DNA from: Cenarchaeum sp.
GTDB taxonomy: Archaea; Thermoproteota; Nitrososphaeria; Nitrososphaerales; Nitrosopumilaceae
NCBI GenBank assembly: GCA_965242695.1
Contig: CBDESU010000001.1
Span: forward strand, 1,216,001 to 1,280,000
DNA: 64,000 bases
Direction: 5' to 3'
Position numbers and translations under genes: made by a program. This document shows positions 58,211 to 64,000 of this stretch, piece after piece (the first letter of the stretch is position 1; each line of letters begins with the position of its first letter). Under the pieces are notes generated by a model. That model did no database searches. It was not told where the DNA came from and saw nothing but the letters and a program-made list of their open reading frames with translations.

Positions 58211-58978
58211 CTACTTGGATGTGCTCTGTTCGATGGTCCTGAGAAGCTCGTTGTTGGCCTTTAGGAGGCTGTTGTTCTCGCGGAGCATGCCGTCCTCCTT
58301 TGTCAGGACGCTGTTGTTCTCGCGAAGAATCTTGTTGTTCTCCCTGAGAAGCCCGTCCTCCTGTGTCAGGACGCCGTTGTTCTCCTTGAGCATGGCATAG
58401 TTCTCCTTGAGCAGCGAGTTGTTCTCCACGAGTAGGCCGTCCTCCCTCGTCAGGACGCCGTTGTTCTCGCGAAGGATCTTGTTGTTCTCGCGGAGCAGGC
58501 CGTCCTCCTTTGTCAGGACGCCGTTGTTCTCGCGGAGCATCGCGTGGTTCTCCTTGAGGAGCGCGTTGTTCTCGCGGAGCATGCCGTCCTCCTTTGTCAA
58601 GACGCCGTTGTTCTCCTTGAGGAGCGCGTTGTTCTCGGCGAGCGTCGACGAGTCATCCTTGAGGATGCCGTTGTTCTGCACAAGTATGCCGTTGTTCTCC
58701 TTGAGGAGTCCGTTGTTCTGGGTGAGGATGCCGTTGTTGTCCTTTAGCATGCCGTTGTTCTGGGTGAGGATGCCGTTGTTCTCCTTGAGGATGCCGTTGT
58801 TCTCGGTCAAGAGACCGTCCTCCTGCTTGAGCATGCCGTTGTTCTCGGTGAGCAGGCCGTTGTTCTCGCGCAGGATGGCGGCGCTGTCGCTGACGGCCCT
58901 AGCTAGGGCCTTGATGTCCTTGTCCTGCTGGTCGAGCTTCTGTAGGATGGTTGCCAGTGCATCAGATTCTGCTGACAT
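58211..58978 (-). CDS. heptad-repeat (LxENNxx) coiled-coil protein
   Basis: About 30 consecutive 7-aa/21-bp units; ATG 58978 after TATAAT. Confidence 0.85.
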   Translation of the reverse strand: MSAESDALATILQKLDQQDKDIKALARAVSDSAAILRENNGLLTENNGMLKQEDGLLTENNGILKENNGILTQNNGMLKDNNGILTQNNGLLKENNGILVQNNGILKDDSSTLAENNALLKENNGVLTKEDGMLRENNALLKENHAMLRENNGVLTKEDGLLRENNKILRENNGVLTREDGLLVENNSLLKENYAMLKENNGVLTQEDGLLRENNKILRENNSVLTKEDGMLRENNSLLKANNELLRTIEQSTSK

Positions 58979-59638
58979 TGATGCGGCGGGGCGCCATGGG
59001 GCTATTATACCATGCGCGCATGCGCGATGCGTGCTAGGGGGCGGCAGGGTTCCCGCGCCGCCGCGGGGCCGCCGGCCGCCCGCGGCAGGCGTTGGATGCC
59101 CGTTGCATGGAGCGCGGCGAGGGGCGGGCTGCGCTTCCGCGCCGCGCCGCGCCGCCCGGTGCGGTCCTGCGCGCCTCTGCGCGCGCGGGCCGTGCCCGCC
59201 CTCCGGCCTTGCGCATGCTGCATGCGGCCGGCCATTCCCGCGTCCAGGCGCCCGCCCTGTGCGGCCCGTCCGGCCTCGGGGCATGCAGGGACGGCGCGGC
59301 GGCCGCCCCGATCCACCGCCGGGCGAACCGGCCGCCGCCACGCCCTCTCAGCCTTCCGCTGCGCGCCCCCGAGCGCAGGCGCGAGCGGACTAGGTCGGCG
59401 CGTCCGGCATGCGGGCCGCGAGCGTGCCATGGGTGGGATCGGGCATGCATGCCGGGGCGCCCCCGCGTCCGGATGCGGCGCGGCGCGCGGCCAACGGCGG
59501 CGGCCCCCAATCCCCGGCATCCCTCCACGGTTCCCCACGGCGAGCGTGCAGCCGATCCCGCCGGCCAGATCCGCATCCCGCGCCGGCGCAGCGGGCGGCC
59601 GCGCCACCGCCCCGCATCCAGGGGCGAGCCGTCCCCCG

Positions 59639-61648
<2,010 letters not shown>

Positions 61649-61970
61649 GCCGGCGCCGCCCCGCCGCATGCCATTAAACCGTTCGGCCGCCCGCCTGCGG
61701 GGCCTGCTCCCGTCCCCGGCGCCGCAGGGCATGCACGGATGCTGCGCGCAGGGCGGCATCAACCGCGGCCCCGCTGCCGGCACCGGCGCAGCCGGGCTGC
61801 CCGCCTGCGCGCCCGCAGGCCGTCGCAGGGCAACCTGCGCGGCCCGAGGCGGCATCGACAGGCGCGATCGGATCCCTGGCAGGGTAGGATATGATTGGAA
61901 GGGCTACAAATCGTTATACGCGGCGCCTGCGCGGCGCCGGCATGAAGTCGCCCTGGCAGGAGGCCGCCGC

Positions 61971-64000
61971 ATGGGGCCCCCGAGGCCGCCCATAGACGAT
62001 TCGTGCGGAGGTCGTCGAAAAATGCAGGCGGATCAGGGGGCCGCCGAGCGGGACGGCGGCCCGCGGCAGGCGGGTGCGGCCCCGCTCGGGGATGCACTGG
62101 GCGTGCTGATCCGCAGGTACCACAGCCTTTCCCCGGACAGGCGGGGCGGCATGACCGAGCAGGAGACGTGCACAATGTTCGTCCTGCCGATGCTTAGGGC
62201 GCTCGGCTGGGACGCGGAATTCACAGGCGGGGAGGGGGAGCGGGGGAGCGGCGCCTGCTGGTGCGAGCTCCGAACCGGCGGCGCGGCCAGGATTGTCGTC
62301 ATGGTGAGGAGGCCGTCGGACGGCCTAGATGCCCCCCGGCGCGCGGCGCCCGGGAAGGGATCGTCGTGCCCGGCGCAGGCGGTCGATCGCGCTTGGAACC
62401 TGCGGGCGGACTGGGCGGTGCTTACAAACTTCGAGGAAACCAGGCTGTACTACGCCCTGGCAGGGACCCCCGAGGAGGGGCTGGTGTTCGCCGTGCCGCT
62501 GGTCGACATGCCAGGCCGCCTCGACGACCTGTCGCTCCTGGCAAAAGAGTCGGCCGAGTCTGGGCGGCTGGGAGCGCTGAGGCTGCGCGCGCGGCGCGGG
62601 ACCGTAGACAGGCAGGTCGTCGACGACATGGGCGCCGTACGCCGCGAAATGCGCGACGACATGCTAAAAGGCGGCGCGGCGGCCGGCAGCGGCGGCGAAG
62701 GGCTGCTCGCCATGGCGCAGACGCTCATAGACCGCCTTGTCGTCATGCGCATCGCCGAGGACAGGGGGCTGATCGAGGCGGGCACGCTGCGCGGCGATCT
62801 GGATCGCTGGCGCAGGGCAGGACTGAGGTCGTCCTTTGCAAGGCACCTCCGCATGCGGTTCGGCGAGTTCGAGGAGGCCTACGGCATGGACCTGTTCAGG
62901 CCCGGCCCCGTCGACGGCGTCGCGCTGTCGAACGGCGTCCTTGCGCGGGCCATCGACCGGCTCTACGCCTACGACTTTTCCCTGATCGGCTCGGACGTGC
63001 TCGGCGGCATGTACGAGGACTACCTGGAGGCCTCGCCCGCGGGCGGCGGCCGGGCGCGGGCGTCCGCGGCCGGCGGCAGGGAGCGCAGGAGGCTCGGGAT
63101 ATACTACACCCCCGCGCACCTCGTATCGCACATACTGGACAGGACCCTTGGCAGGAAGCTTGCAGGGTGCAGGACCCCAGAGGACGTCTCGAGGATCAGG
63201 GTGCTCGATCCCTCGTGCGGGTCCGGATCGTTCCTGACAGGGGCGTTCGATTTTTTTCTCGAGTGGTACCGCGAGTACAACCGGAGGGCGGCCGAGGGAG
63301 GGGGCGAAGCCACGGCGACGGGAGGCGATGGGCCAGGGGACGGCGGCGGTGCGCCCGGCGGCGGCCTCGAGGCGGTCGAGGATCCAGGGCGCAGGATCCT
63401 GCGCGACAACCTGTTCGGCATCGACATAGACCCGCGGGCGGCCGGCGTTGCGGCGCTGAACCTGACGCTGAAGGCGATGACTAGGGGCGAAAAGCCGGAC
63501 GAGATACTCGGAACCAGCATACTGGTCGGCAACGCCCTTGTGACAGGGAGTGAGGCCGGCTGCGAGCAGCTCGATCCGGGCGAGCGGGCCGCCCTGCGGC
63601 CGCTCGATGCGGCGCGGCTTCCGCACGACCGGTTCGACGTGGTAGTCGGAAACCCGCCGTACTACGCGGTGCGCGGGGGCGACCCGATCCGGGTGTCGGA
63701 GGCGTTCGAGGCCGTCAGAGGGGGCGGCACGGTCAACGCCGCAATGATGTTCATCAAGCGCTCGATCGATCTGCTCGACGGCGACGGCGGCCGCCTCGGC
63801 CTGGTGATCCCAAAGGCATGCGCGTACGCAAGGGGCTGGTCCGGCGCGCGGGGCCTGCTGTTTGATCGGGTGAGGCTCACCGGAGTCGTCGACTGCAGGG
63901 AGGCGTTCCGCGGCGTCGACCTGGAGCAGATCGTCGTAGTGTGCGAAAAGGACAAAGGCGGCGCGCGGGGCGGCGACGGCGGCTCGTACGAGGCAGGGCT
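61971..64000 (+). CDS. type IIG-like RM enzyme / N6-adenine methyltransferase, runs off the window end
   Basis: One frame (start 61971 or 62022) carries FVLPMLRALGWD, WAVLTNFEE, GIYYTP (63096), VLDPSCGSGSFL (63201) and FDVVVGNPPY (NPPY at 63651). Confidence 0.9.
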   Translation, partial: MGPPRPPIDDSCGGRRKMQADQGAAERDGGPRQAGAAPLGDALGVLIRRYHSLSPDRRGGMTEQETCTMFVLPMLRALGWDAEFTGGEGERGSGACWCELRTGGAARIVVMVRRPSDGLDAPRRAAPGKGSSCPAQAVDRAWNLRADWAVLTNFEETRLYYALAGTPEEGLVFAVPLVDMPGRLDDLSLLAKESAESGRLGALRLRARRGTVDRQVVDDMGAVRREMRDDMLKGGAAAGSGGEGLLAMAQTLIDRLVVMRIAEDRGLIEAGTLRGDLDRWRRAGLRSSFARHLRMRFGEFEEAYGMDLFRPGPVDGVALSNGVLARAIDRLYAYDFSLIGSDVLGGMYEDYLEASPAGGGRARASAAGGRERRRLGIYYTPAHLVSHILDRTLGRKLAGCRTPEDVSRIRVLDPSCGSGSFLTGAFDFFLEWYREYNRRAAEGGGEATATGGDGPGDGGGAPGGGLEAVEDPGRRILRDNLFGIDIDPRAAGVAALNLTLKAMTRGEKPDEILGTSILVGNALVTGSEAGCEQLDPGERAALRPLDAARLPHDRFDVVVGNPPYYAVRGGDPIRVSEAFEAVRGGGTVNAAMMFIKRSIDLLDGDGGRLGLVIPKACAYARGWSGARGLLFDRVRLTGVVDCREAFRGVDLEQIVVVCEKDKGGARGGDGGSYEAG

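Noticed and set aside
58407-59393. 328-aa + strand ORF with PLFS repeats
   Set aside because: Antisense reading of the heptad-repeat gene

Overview
Very GC-rich archaeal chromosome segment. The archaeal r-protein set (eS4, RNase P Rpp29), the S10-spc gene order without rpl2 and the leaderless TATA promoters point to a Nitrosopumilaceae-like thaumarchaeote. The TPR expansion suggests a host-associated (e.g. sponge) lineage, which is inference. Positions 1-27 kb, downstream of tRNA-Asn, are an accessory island: nine stand-alone TPR genes share a CATAAAT-type box (exactly 29 nt before the start in seven), interleaved with an amber-interrupted DNA methyltransferase, a DUF3800 protein, a tandemly duplicated TPR/wHTH + PIN pair (one PIN copy has a nonsense codon), a repeat-flanked low-GC membrane gene and a PD-(D/E)XK protein. 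Positions 27.6-38.5 kb are the rpl3-rpl6 cluster, where most proteins carry low-complexity extensions, most strikingly a ~168-aa poly-Asp tail on uL24. Positions 41-51 kb hold an ABC-ATPase + small nuclease pair, a large secreted beta-helix/Cache/PBP protein, and a HamA-like nuclease + Ski2/Hel308-like pseudo-helicase pair. The rest contains an H1-like basic protein, a wHTH regulator, tRNA-Phe, a PduO-type adenosyltransferase, an AAA-DUF4143 ATPase, an AT-rich repeat region, a tenth TPR gene, an Asn-rich heptad protein, acetyl-CoA synthetase and a truncated type IIG-like RM gene with a degenerate nuclease site. All family calls are by eye from motifs; no searches were run.
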